A DNA stretch of 64,000 nt from Pirellulales bacterium. Its GTDB lineage: Bacteria > Planctomycetota > Planctomycetia > Pirellulales > JAEUIK01. Below the pieces are notes generated by a model, which searched no databases, was not told where the DNA came from, and saw only the letters and a list, made by a program, of their open reading frames with translations. Positions 25,829 to 33,437 of the stretch are shown one piece after another. Position numbers and translations under genes: made by a program. The stretch lies in contig JAIESQ010000002.1 in the NCBI GenBank assembly GCA_019745975.1, forward strand, positions 26,595 to 90,594, written 5' to 3'. The number at the start of each line of letters is the position of its first letter. Within the stretch, counting starts at the first letter, position 1.

Positions 25829-26151
25829 CATTCACAGTTCGCGAACTGCCCAAAGCAATGGCCGACAAGCATCACATCGTTCGATGGCTCCACGATCGAT
25901 CGCCGCAGGGGGCCGTTGCCTGGCTCGGCGCTTACGATCAGATGATCGAGCGTCTAAAGGCGGCCGCGGATACGTTGCCCATTGCCGAGGAGGGCGAGCG
26001 ACTTAACATCGAGGCCAGGCAGATTCTCTTCAAGACGAAACGCGGTCGCGTTTATCGGGCCGTGTTCCATCTCGATGCTGGCGACGTGTTCATACTCCGC
26101 GTTCGTGGTCCAGGACAAGCGACGATTGCTGCCGACGAATGGGGCCAATGA
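25825..26151 (+). CDS. type II toxin, RelE/ParE family
   Basis: 108 aa. The layout (F.V.....A..D...I..WL....P..A..W............P...P, then RVYRAVFHLDAGDVFILRVRGPGQ) fits the ParE/RelE superfamily. Confidence 0.7.
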   Translation: MTFTVRELPKAMADKHHIVRWLHDRSPQGAVAWLGAYDQMIERLKAAADTLPIAEEGERLNIEARQILFKTKRGRVYRAVFHLDAGDVFILRVRGPGQATIAADEWGQ

Positions 26152-26337
26152 GCTACCCGTGCGATCGGCGAAACGCGCGCGAGGTCAGAGAAGTATCGGT
26201 CCTACTTCGTCCTACGCTCGTCGCGCGAAAGCTGTTCAAACGTATCGCGGAGTGTCTCATATTGACCGCACAGATCGCCGTAGATTTCCCCATCGCAGTC
26301 AAAGATCGCAAAGTTATCAACGACGTATCGGCAAATT

Positions 26338-26490
26338 TCAGCCAGACTTGCGGCCACGGATAGTAATTCGTTCCTGTCGTTGTTGAGACGAAATTCGAGG
26401 GCCGCCCAAATGCCGTGTCAGCCGCTCGAGTGGCTCCAGCGGGGTAGGCAGGTGCGCCAGCGGCACACGCTCGAAGCTCGATAGATTCAT
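26338..26490 (-). pseudogene. 5' fragment of an ACC deaminase / D-cysteine desulfhydrase family (PLP fold type II) gene
   Basis: MNLSSFERVPLAHLPTPLEPLERLTRHLGGPRI matches the conserved family N-terminus (compare E. coli DcyD [27 protein letters not shown]). The expected (W/F)IKRDD block is missing. The frame ends after 50 codons. Confidence 0.6.
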
Positions 26491-26610
26491 GCAACCTCCG
26501 CGAAGTTCAAGCCGCCGCTGGTTGACAACCGCCCGCGCCGGATAGTCTACTCCCGTTGCCGATCCCGAATACTGCCGCGCTCAGATCATTAGCCCCAAAG
26601 GGACCGAACC

Positions 26611-26937
26611 ATGAAGCTGGTGCAAATCAATATCGATCACGATCTTTCGCCGGCCGAATTGGACGCTGGCGCCGCCGACGCCCTGAAGTTCGCCGAAGAA
26701 GTCGCGGCGCTCCCCGGCCTGCACTGGAAGATCTGGATCGGCGACCAGTCGCGCCACGAGCTGGGCGGCATTTACCTGTTCGCCAGCGAGCGGGCGGCGC
26801 GCGATTTTCTGGCGGGGCCGATTTTCGCTGCCATCCGCAGCAATCCCCGCTTCCAGAAGGTCGAAGCCAAAGCATTCGATGTCAACGAGGCCGCGAGCCT
26901 GATCACGAAGGCCCCGCTGCCCGTCGCGGCTTCTTGA
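26611..26937 (+). CDS. YdhR-family (Dabb fold) putative monooxygenase
   Basis: LHWKIWIGDQSRHELGGIYLFASERAARDFL and KAFDVNEAASLITKA parallel E. coli YdhR ([21 protein letters not shown]..., KVFDVNEPLSQINQA). Confidence 0.8.
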   Translation: MKLVQINIDHDLSPAELDAGAADALKFAEEVAALPGLHWKIWIGDQSRHELGGIYLFASERAARDFLAGPIFAAIRSNPRFQKVEAKAFDVNEAASLITKAPLPVAAS

Positions 26938-26960
26938 TACCTCGGGACGCTACCTGGTAA

Positions 26961-27245
26961 TTAGCGCTGCTGTGGCGCAGCGGCAGGCGGTTCCAAGCCA
27001 ATCGACTCCCCTTCGAGCATGATCGGGATGTCGTCGACGATCGGGTAAATCACCAGACCGTCCTCGCGCACCAGGCCCGCCGCGAGTCGTTCGTCGACGC
27101 GCTGCCCCGCGCGATTGACGATCTCCCGACGGGCGATCGCCGCGTTGAGCCGCGCCAGCACATCGGCCGAGGCCTCGTAGAGCGGCTGGCGCGTCTCGGG
27201 ACAAACCAGAATGTTGAGTAGTTCCTTGGCGATCATCGCGGCCAT
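26961..27245 (-). CDS. Trm112 family protein
   Basis: LLNILVCPETRQPL at the N-terminus and YPIVDDIPIML at the C-terminus. Confidence 0.8.
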   Translation of the reverse strand: MAAMIAKELLNILVCPETRQPLYEASADVLARLNAAIARREIVNRAGQRVDERLAAGLVREDGLVIYPIVDDIPIMLEGESIGLEPPAAAPQQR

Positions 27246-27488
27246 TCTCCACCACCCGTGCTAGCAGGACCGTGCGGATCAGGCCGCAAACTCAGCCCTG
27301 CTTCGCAAATCTACCAGCATTTGCGGCTCTCGCTACTTCCCATCTAACGAAACCGCCGATGAACGATCAAGAGGTGTCCTCGGCGGTTTTCCGCGCCACC
27401 CGGGGCATCGCGACGGTTTTCCCCAACTGCGTCGGGCCCTCGCCGGTCCGAATCAGACGACAAGCCAGCGTTTTGCGGAGCGACCCTC

Positions 27489-28118
27489 ATGGTGCGCACG
27501 ATTGCTGTCGCGCTAGTCGGCGGTGCCCTTGTGGCTGCTTCCGCCTCGGCCGAAGAGCGTTATTACGAGGAGAACGGCGTCACCTACCGCGAGACGCGCG
27601 AGCGCTTCCAGCGACCTCTCACCGAAGTCGTGCATCAGCCGACGACGCGCACCGTCTATCGCGAACAATACCGCACCGAGTTCGCCGACACCGTGCACGT
27701 CTCGTCGAAGCCGGTCACCGAATGGCGCCTGGAAAGCTACTGGCGCGGCCGCTGGAACCCCTTCGTCGAGCCCTACCTGGCACAGCGCTGGGTGAAGCGG
27801 ACTCGCTACGAGACGCAGACGCAAACGACTCAACAGCCGATCTTGCGCCGCGAGCTGGTCGCCGAGAACCGCACCGAGCACACGCCGGTCGTCACGCAGC
27901 GCATGGTCGAGGAAGAAGTCGTGCGCCGCGTCGCGGTCGCCCGTGCTCCAACAACGAACGTCGCCAGCGGCGCGCCGCCGCGAACTTCCGATCCCTTCGG
28001 CGGCGACGCCGTCGCGCGTCGGGTGACAATCGGCGGTGTCTCGCGCCTCGACGGCGTCCCCCCGCGCAGTATCGACACCAGCGGCTGGCACGCCGGCCGC
28101 ACCACGGTCACGCGCTAA
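27489..28118 (+). CDS. secreted hypothetical protein
   Basis: Signal peptide MVRTIAVALVGGALVAASASA. Charged, Thr/Arg/Glu-rich body. No family recognised. Confidence 0.55.
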   Translation: MVRTIAVALVGGALVAASASAEERYYEENGVTYRETRERFQRPLTEVVHQPTTRTVYREQYRTEFADTVHVSSKPVTEWRLESYWRGRWNPFVEPYLAQRWVKRTRYETQTQTTQQPILRRELVAENRTEHTPVVTQRMVEEEVVRRVAVARAPTTNVASGAPPRTSDPFGGDAVARRVTIGGVSRLDGVPPRSIDTSGWHAGRTTVTR

Positions 28119-28216
28119 GCCGCCAGTCGAGTTGCTGAAGGCGGTCTCTGCTTGGCCGGAGCCTTGCCGCGAACGCACGAGTCGCCGGCTGTCGGTCAAG
28201 CTCATCGGTCCCGCGG

Positions 28217-30076
28217 CTACTCGCGCCTGCGGTAAACCTTCAGCCAGGCGTTCGACCGAGGTCTGAAGTCCCGCGCGCCGGCGCCCCACTTATAAATGGT
28301 CCGATCGCCATCGACGTCGATGCAGCCAACCAGATCGTAGTGCTCGCTCGTATAGCCGCCGAACCACTCGAGCAGTCGGCGGTCCGCGCCGTCCATCGCC
28401 AGCCAGGACGTGTCGACCGCCGCCAGCACGATATAGGCCGGCCGCGCCGCTTCAGCTTCGGCGATCATTTCTTCCTGCATTTGCCGCGCGTAGGGCTGCC
28501 GCTCGACGAGCGGATACATGTAAATATGCCGCGTCGCGCTCCGCCGCTGCGCGTAGAACGGTATTTCTGGCTCGGAGCCCATCACCAGGACCGTCTCATC
28601 CGGCGTCGTTCGCGCGCGGATGTAATCCGCGATCGCGACCGCCTCGGGAAACGGGTTGCCGCCGTACGTCGCCCGCGCGATTTCCGCTGGCGAACGCTCG
28701 AAGTAGTGCTCCCGGTTCGACCACAACGCGAGAAGCATAACGCCGGCCACAATGGCGAGAAGCACTTTCACGTCCGGCGATGAACCGGCGTCGGGCGCCA
28801 CAGCCTCAGATCCTGGTTTGGGTACCACTGCTGGCTTGCCCAGCAGTGCAAACCGCGACACAACACTGCTAGACGACCTACCAGTGACACTCGTTCCGCG
28901 AACCTTCGCGGCCAATCGCGCGACCGCAATCCCCCCCACGGCGAACAGCAGTGAAACCGCGGGGAGCAACAAAACAAAGTAATGCCGCCGAAAGTGCAGG
29001 CCAGGGCAAATAGCAACCAGCGCCGTCAGCGACGTGACGATCAGAAACCCGCGCCGCTGCCGGGCCACCTTGTCGAAGAACAAAGCCGCCAGACCGCAAC
29101 CTGCCAGCAGGAAAATCGCCGGTGCGGCGTCGGCAACGAATAGCCCATTGCTTCGCAATCGAGCCCAGCCGTCGGACCAAGGCAACTCCCCCGCATAGTT
29201 CCCCGCGACCACCACGGTCCAGAACCAGAACTTCTCCCACACGCCCGCGGCCACGATCGCCGCGACCATCACCAACGAAGGCAAGCCGCCCCCCACGGCC
29301 ACGGTTGCCAAAGTCAGCAGCGACCCCTTCACGCGCCCCTTGGCGCCAGCGGCGGAGCGCCAGCGCGCCAAGCCCACGTACAACACCGTTCCCAGCATTA
29401 GGAAGATCGCATGCTGCTTGATCGTGATGGCCACGCCGCACAACAGGCCGATCACCAGCAGCGTGCCGTATTGCCTTGTCGCCGCCTCCTCGGCAGGCGC
29501 GTGCAACCGATCACCGACGCGAACCGCCAGCCACCAGGCGAGCACCGTCGGCAACAGCACGAACGCTTCGGCCTGCGCGCTGGAGCCGTGCACCTGCGGT
29601 AGCGTCGACAGCAGCGCAAAGGCCGCGGCCGCCGCCAGGCCCACACTGCTGTCGTACAGCCTGCGCCCGAGCAAAAACATCGCTCCCGTCGTGGCCGCGC
29701 CCGTGGCCAGCAACCCGAGATGGATGCCGCGAATCGACTCTCCCGCCACCGACATCACCGCTGCATACACGGCATAGATGCCAGGCAGCTTCATCGCATA
29801 GGCCGACTCATACGGCGGCACGCCACGAAGCATCCGCTGGGCGATGTACGCGTACTCCCCCTCGTCGCGGTCGAGCGGCACGTCGAGCAAACGCCAGCGG
29901 AGGCCGATCCCAGCACAAATCACCCCCAGCACGGCCAGCGCGACGAGACGATTCAGGCTTGCTCCTTGCCCGTGCGGTTGTTCGGCCAATGGATTTGTCA
30001 CGGCGTGCCCACGGGCCCAAGCGTGCGAGAATGCGCCAGCAGCCTGCTGCGGAATTGTAGCCGGCCACAGAATCAC
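28217..30076 (-). CDS. ArnT/PMT-like (GT-C fold) membrane glycosyltransferase
   Basis: Many TM helices. The first loop is DRDEGEYAYIAQRM. A soluble C-terminal domain is present. The start is uncertain because a strong hairpin lies 38 nt upstream of the first possible start. Confidence 0.7.
   Translation of the reverse strand: MILWPATIPQQAAGAFSHAWARGHAVTNPLAEQPHGQGASLNRLVALAVLGVICAGIGLRWRLLDVPLDRDEGEYAYIAQRMLRGVPPYESAYAMKLPGIYAVYAAVMSVAGESIRGIHLGLLATGAATTGAMFLLGRRLYDSSVGLAAAAAFALLSTLPQVHGSSAQAEAFVLLPTVLAWWLAVRVGDRLHAPAEEAATRQYGTLLVIGLLCGVAITIKQHAIFLMLGTVLYVGLARWRSAAGAKGRVKGSLLTLATVAVGGGLPSLVMVAAIVAAGVWEKFWFWTVVVAGNYAGELPWSDGWARLRSNGLFVADAAPAIFLLAGCGLAALFFDKVARQRRGFLIVTSLTALVAICPGLHFRRHYFVLLLPAVSLLFAVGGIAVARLAAKVRGTSVTGRSSSSVVSRFALLGKPAVVPKPGSEAVAPDAGSSPDVKVLLAIVAGVMLLALWSNREHYFERSPAEIARATYGGNPFPEAVAIADYIRARTTPDETVLVMGSEPEIPFYAQRRSATRHIYMYPLVERQPYARQMQEEMIAEAEAARPAYIVLAAVDTSWLAMDGADRRLLEWFGGYTSEHYDLVGCIDVDGDRTIYKWGAGARDFRPRSNAWLKVYRRRE
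28820..28890. repeat. compound palindrome of the CACTGCTGG family embedded in-frame
   Basis: GGGTACCACTGCTGG-CTTGC-CCAGCAGTG followed by CACTGCTAG-ACGAC-CTACCAGTG-ACAC. On the minus strand it is read as VTGRSSSSVVSRFALLGKPAVVP inside a loop of the glycosyltransferase. Confidence 0.8.
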
Positions 30077-30113
30077 CTCCGAACGGAGGATTCCGCAAGC
30101 ACCGAAAAAGTTA

Positions 30114-30152
30114 GCAGCGGGCCGCCCGAGGTCCCTTCGGACGGCCCGCTGC
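30114..30152 (-). terminator. strong hairpin followed by a T-run on the minus strand
   Basis: GCAGCGGGCCG...CGGCCCGCTGC (11-bp stem). On the minus strand it is followed by TAACTTTTTCGG. A second 11-bp hairpin, CCCCAGGGAGG...CCTCCCTGGGG, lies at 30169..30208. Confidence 0.45.
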
Positions 30153-30486
30153 TACAAGGTGTAAGAAGCCCCAGGGAGGGAGAGGGAAGCAGGGAAGCCT
30201 CCCTGGGGCAGCTCTCGTGGGGGGCGAGAGAAGTGCGATTGTTCCTCGCTGCACTGCGAATGACCCGGCCGACCAGCGGAAGGCCGGCAGTCTGGATCAA
30301 AAGCGATCCAGTTGGTTCATTCACCGCGTAGCTATCAAGAACCTCCAGCCGGCCGTGTTTGGCTGCCGGAGCGTGTTGGTTTTCCTGGTCTTGTCGTGGG
30401 ATAGCGTTCCATCTTTATCTCCACGTCGCTTAGTGTGTTCCGGTGTTCCTCAAGTCTCGTGTCCGAATTGGTCAGCATCGCCGCGC

Positions 30487-30792
30487 TCAGGCACATGCCG
30501 TCGCGGTTCGGGGAGCATCGACGACATCCACCGCGTCGATCAACTGCACTACGCCCGCCACGCGCCGACAACAGTGATGACTCAGTTGCTTCTCGTAAAA
30601 GCTCCGCACCTGTCCACGCAGCGTCACGATGCCGTTGTTGGCTTTGACTTCCAGTTGCCGCAAACCGGGCACGTGCCGACGCGATAAGAAGTTCAAGATT
30701 CTCCGTTCGAGGTCCCGATCCGCTCCCTCGTCAAAGCTGGGAGCACTAAACCCGGCGGCGCTGTACATGAGACGTCCGACTCCTTTGCCCAT
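30487..30792 (-). CDS. BON domain protein
   Basis: LEVKANNGIVTLRGQVRSFYEKQLS is the characteristic BON core. Confidence 0.8.
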   Translation of the reverse strand: MGKGVGRLMYSAAGFSAPSFDEGADRDLERRILNFLSRRHVPGLRQLEVKANNGIVTLRGQVRSFYEKQLSHHCCRRVAGVVQLIDAVDVVDAPRTATACA

Positions 30793-30794
30793 CT

Positions 30795-31115
30795 TCAGGC
30801 CTGCCTCGAAATTCCGTTCCGCCTGACTGCCCGCCTTGCGGCCGCCTGACTGTCTCGCTTGGCTTGACGGTATTCACGTTTTGCAAGCGATGTGCCAAAA
30901 CGCCGGCACTGCCGCCAAGACGCGTTGCAGCGCCGCAATAACTCACGGCAAGATAAGACATTGTGAGGCCCAGAAAGCTGGGCGAACTTTTCCAGCGCGG
31001 TTTCGTTTGGCGCGCCGTTGCCCAAGCACTTTGCCGACCCTGCCCGCGTGTTATGCACGGGGATCGTGCATGGCGCCGCGATCGGGCAACCCCCGGTGCA
31101 GCGCTTCTCACCCAT
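30795..31115 (-). CDS. hypothetical Cys-rich small protein
   Basis: The ORF ends 2 nt before the BON start codon. Third-position GC is high. Several Cys residues (CTGGCPIAAPC...KC...SC...RC...QC). No family recognised. ATG 31115 was chosen so that it does not overlap the upstream gene. Confidence 0.3.
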   Translation of the reverse strand: MGEKRCTGGCPIAAPCTIPVHNTRAGSAKCLGNGAPNETALEKFAQLSGPHNVLSCRELLRRCNASWRQCRRFGTSLAKREYRQAKRDSQAAARRAVRRNGISRQA

Positions 31116-31140
31116 CCGCCGCCGGCCCTGCCGGGGCGAC

Positions 31141-31530
31141 TCACCCCACGCGACCATCGCGGCGTCGAACAACTCGCGAGCCAACCGCCCACGCGGCTTT
31201 CCAGGCGAGAAAGGCGGCGAGAACTAGGGCCGGAAGGCCCAGTCGCGGGTTAGGTACTTCGCGCTCACGCGTCCAGTGGTACTTGTCTGGCGGACGTGGA
31301 CTGGGTTTCAGACCAGGCCAGCGGGATTCGCCTTCGATTGCTATAACTCGCACGCCCGGCGGAAGATTCGGACGCGTCTCTGATCTTGTGAGCGTCGTTC
31401 CGTTTTCAATCCACGGGATGCTGTACGGACGCGTTGCCATCGCCCACGCCAGGATCGCGGTCAGAATCAAGATCGTCGACAGCCGGAACTGAAACCAGCG
31501 GCGTTTCGGCTTTTCGTTCATGGCCATCAT
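31141..31530 (-). CDS. small two-TM membrane protein, paralog 1
   Basis: ATG 31530, 31527 or 31521. N-terminus KRRWFQFRLSTILILTAILAWAMA. C-terminus LPALVLAAFLAWKAAWAV. Both ends are shared with 31897..32247. Confidence 0.6.
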   Translation of the reverse strand: MMAMNEKPKRRWFQFRLSTILILTAILAWAMATRPYSIPWIENGTTLTRSETRPNLPPGVRVIAIEGESRWPGLKPSPRPPDKYHWTREREVPNPRLGLPALVLAAFLAWKAAWAVGSRVVRRRDGRVG

Positions 31531-31705
31531 TCTACCCGGGGCGCTCGAAAGGCCCGCGCGGCGAGCCAACTGGTGGAATTCAGATGTTGGATCGCGCGCT
31601 CCCGCATTCCGCCGCAACGTGGCGAAATAACTTAGCCGTGGGCGCGCAGCCCACGGTTTCGGTTCGCAATCAAGCCACCGAGCCGCGCCGCGGCGACCTG
31701 CCGCC

Positions 31706-31753
31706 GGGGACTGGTACATTTTTCAGCGTGCGACATGCCCGGGGACTGTCCCC
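31706..31753. repeat. collapsed copy of the GGGGAC-terminated element
   Basis: GGGGACTGGTACATTTTTCAGCGTGCGAC followed by GGGGACTGTCCCCCTCCG. This keeps the right-end sequence CTGTCCCCCTCCG of the 4089 copy. Confidence 0.7.
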
Positions 31754-31896
31754 CTCCGCAGCGAGTGCGATGTCACACCAGTCGTATCGCGGCCTGACAG
31801 GCCGCTTCGCAACAGCCCAGGCCGTCAGGCCTGGGACACATCATGGCAACGTCCCACATTTCTTCCTTAGATCGTTCCCGGCCCCATCGGGGCCGT

Positions 31897-32247
31897 TCAT
31901 TCGGGCCGGACCTCGCGGCGTCGACGTTCGAACACCCCCCACGCGGCTTTCCAGGCCAGGAAGGCCGCCAGGGCGAGGGCGGGCCACTTCAGTCGCGGAC
32001 TGAGAATCGAGCGTTCGTACGCGATGTATTGATCCGCAACCACAGTTCCCTCGGCAAAGGTCCCTCCCTTTGAAACGAGGGCATCGGCCGGTATTGGTCG
32101 GCCGATTGGCCAAGCGTAGATATCGAGTTGTTTCCAAAAGAAGGGACGCAGCGCCATCCCCCACGCCAGGATCGCGGTCAGAATCAGCACCGTCGAGAGC
32201 CGGAAGCGGAACCAGGGACGTGTCGGCTTCGAGTCCATGCGACTCAT
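31897..32247 (-). CDS. small two-TM membrane protein, paralog 2
   Basis: N-terminus TRPWFRFRLSTVLILTAILAWGMA. C-terminus WPALALAAFLAWKAAWGV. The central part is unrelated to paralog 1. Confidence 0.6.
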   Translation of the reverse strand: MSRMDSKPTRPWFRFRLSTVLILTAILAWGMALRPFFWKQLDIYAWPIGRPIPADALVSKGGTFAEGTVVADQYIAYERSILSPRLKWPALALAAFLAWKAAWGVFERRRREVRPE

Positions 32248-32806
32248 TCTGCCGCGCGGGCATCACGGCGTCGAACAATTCGCAGCCAGGCAGCCGCCGT
32301 GCGTAACTGGCCACGATCACTGAGCCTCGCATACCAAAGCCAATGAACGGACCTGACGGGTCCGAGATTCGTGGGGCCACCGTACCGAGGCCTGACGGCC
32401 TCGGCTGGTAGAACTGGCCCTTCAGGCCAGAATCTACCTTGGCTCGTCGCCGCACGCGTTTTTGCATTCCGTCTTGCTTCGTCGTGTGTGTGTGTATGCA
32501 ATTTGTCTTGCGGCCTGCAGGGCCGCTTCGCACCAGCACAGGGCGTGAGCCCTGTGTCGCCTGGCAGCCCCAGCGCCTCGCCGTTCTGTTTGTTGCATTC
32601 GGCCCTGAAAGTGGCCGTTCATTGCCCGGCTCGTTGGCAGCGTCGACCCACCTTCTCTTGGCGACCCTTCGCGCCCCTGGCGGTAAGAATTCGGAGGGCA
32701 AGCCGGCACCGCTGGGACCACCCGCCTGCGGCGGCGCGTGCCCTAGCCGTGGCGCCCCAGGACTTAGGGCCTAATAAAAAGATCACAGAAATGACCATAA
32801 TAATGC

Positions 32807-32834
32807 TTGACAAATAGCCACCGGTTGCTACAAT
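32807..32834 (+). promoter_or_regulatory. near-consensus sigma70-type promoter with extended -10, no downstream ORF
   Basis: TTGACA (32807..32812), a 16-nt spacer ending in TGC, then TACAAT (32829..32834). It is preceded by the AT-rich stretch CTAATAAAAAGATCACAGAAATGACCATAATAATGC. Confidence 0.5.
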
Positions 32835-32951
32835 GCAGACCAGCCACCGCGCTACGGAATCGCCCTGCGCGACGTACCGTGGCACGGCCACCCTGGCCGT
32901 GATGTCATAGCGGCCGAAAGCCCATGCCATGACTGCGTTCAGCGTACGCGC

Positions 32952-32984
32952 GGGTGCCATGCCCACGCTCGTCGTGGGCATGCC
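32952..32984. repeat. single hairpin of the GGGTGCCATGCCCAC family
   Basis: In GGGTGCCATGCCCACGCTCGTCGTGGGCATGCC the stem is GGCATGCCCAC/GTGGGCATGCC. It is followed by the GAAAACTGAA-type short repeats at 32998..33027. Confidence 0.7.
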
Positions 32985-33196
32985 TGCGTTCAGTCCCCTG
33001 AAAACTGAACACCGAAAACTGAAAACTATCCACCCCAGGAGAAGCCTGGCGCGCCAGCCTGCGCGCACTTGACATTACAACCCACACGCATCTTGCCCAG
33101 GGACTTCGCGATTCCACGAATCGTTTGTCAGAGTCGGGACCGAAGAGCTGCGTAGAGCGTGCGCGCGGCGGGAACAAACATCCCGCCGATCGATTT

Positions 33197-33311
33197 GTTA
33201 GCCGCGGGATTTATCCCGCGCGCTAGCTCGTGCGACGTCGCGCCACCACTGAGCGAGTTTCGATGTCGCGTCCCAGCAAGCTAGCGCGCGGAGCAAGCTC
33301 CGCGGCTAACG
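33197..33311. repeat. 115-bp compound palindrome (GTTAGC...GCTAAC)
   Basis: The arms are GTTAGCCGCGGGATTTATCCCGCGCGCTAGCT and AGCTAGCGCGCGGAGCAAGCTCCGCGGCTAAC, and each contains its own hairpin. The centre carries GTGCGACGTCGCGCCA, which is also present at 4111..4126. Confidence 0.75.
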
Positions 33312-33437
33312 ACTGTCTTGGACGCAAAACTGCCCGTAGGACGATCGAGGACGCAACGGTTCTTGATTTTGCGTCCTAAAATAACTCGTTTGTGCAAGTA
33401 GACTTAACGACTTTTGACAGCCGCTTAGGACGGTTAG

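Noticed and set aside
26153-26494. 113-codon minus-strand ORF from the track
   Set aside because: The neighbouring frame starting at 26490 matches the conserved PLP-enzyme N-terminus, whereas this frame gives featureless sequence. The region is interpreted as a gene remnant.
26522-26548. TTGACA followed by TAGTCT upstream of the YdhR-like gene, as a promoter
   Set aside because: The spacer is only 15 nt and the -10 is weak. It is plausible but not distinguishable from chance.
27350-27389. Hairpin AAACCGCCGA...TCGGCGGTTT followed by TTCC, as an attenuator in the leader of the 27489 gene
   Set aside because: It has a 10-bp stem with a 20-nt loop and only a short T-run. No conserved riboswitch core or leader peptide was recognised.
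30746-31192. 148-codon minus-strand ORF overlapping the BON start
   Set aside because: It overlaps both neighbours out of frame and has Arg/Gly/Ser-rich composition. The alternative frame 30795..31115 is more gene-like, and even that is only weakly supported.
32619-33068. 149-codon minus-strand ORF, and the 33392..33637 plus-strand ORF
   Set aside because: Both are stitched together from the repeat elements (the GMPTTSVGMAP, FSFRCSVF and GRKFPVNLILGDP peptides derive from palindromes and the 40-bp repeat). They have no start context or coding-like composition.
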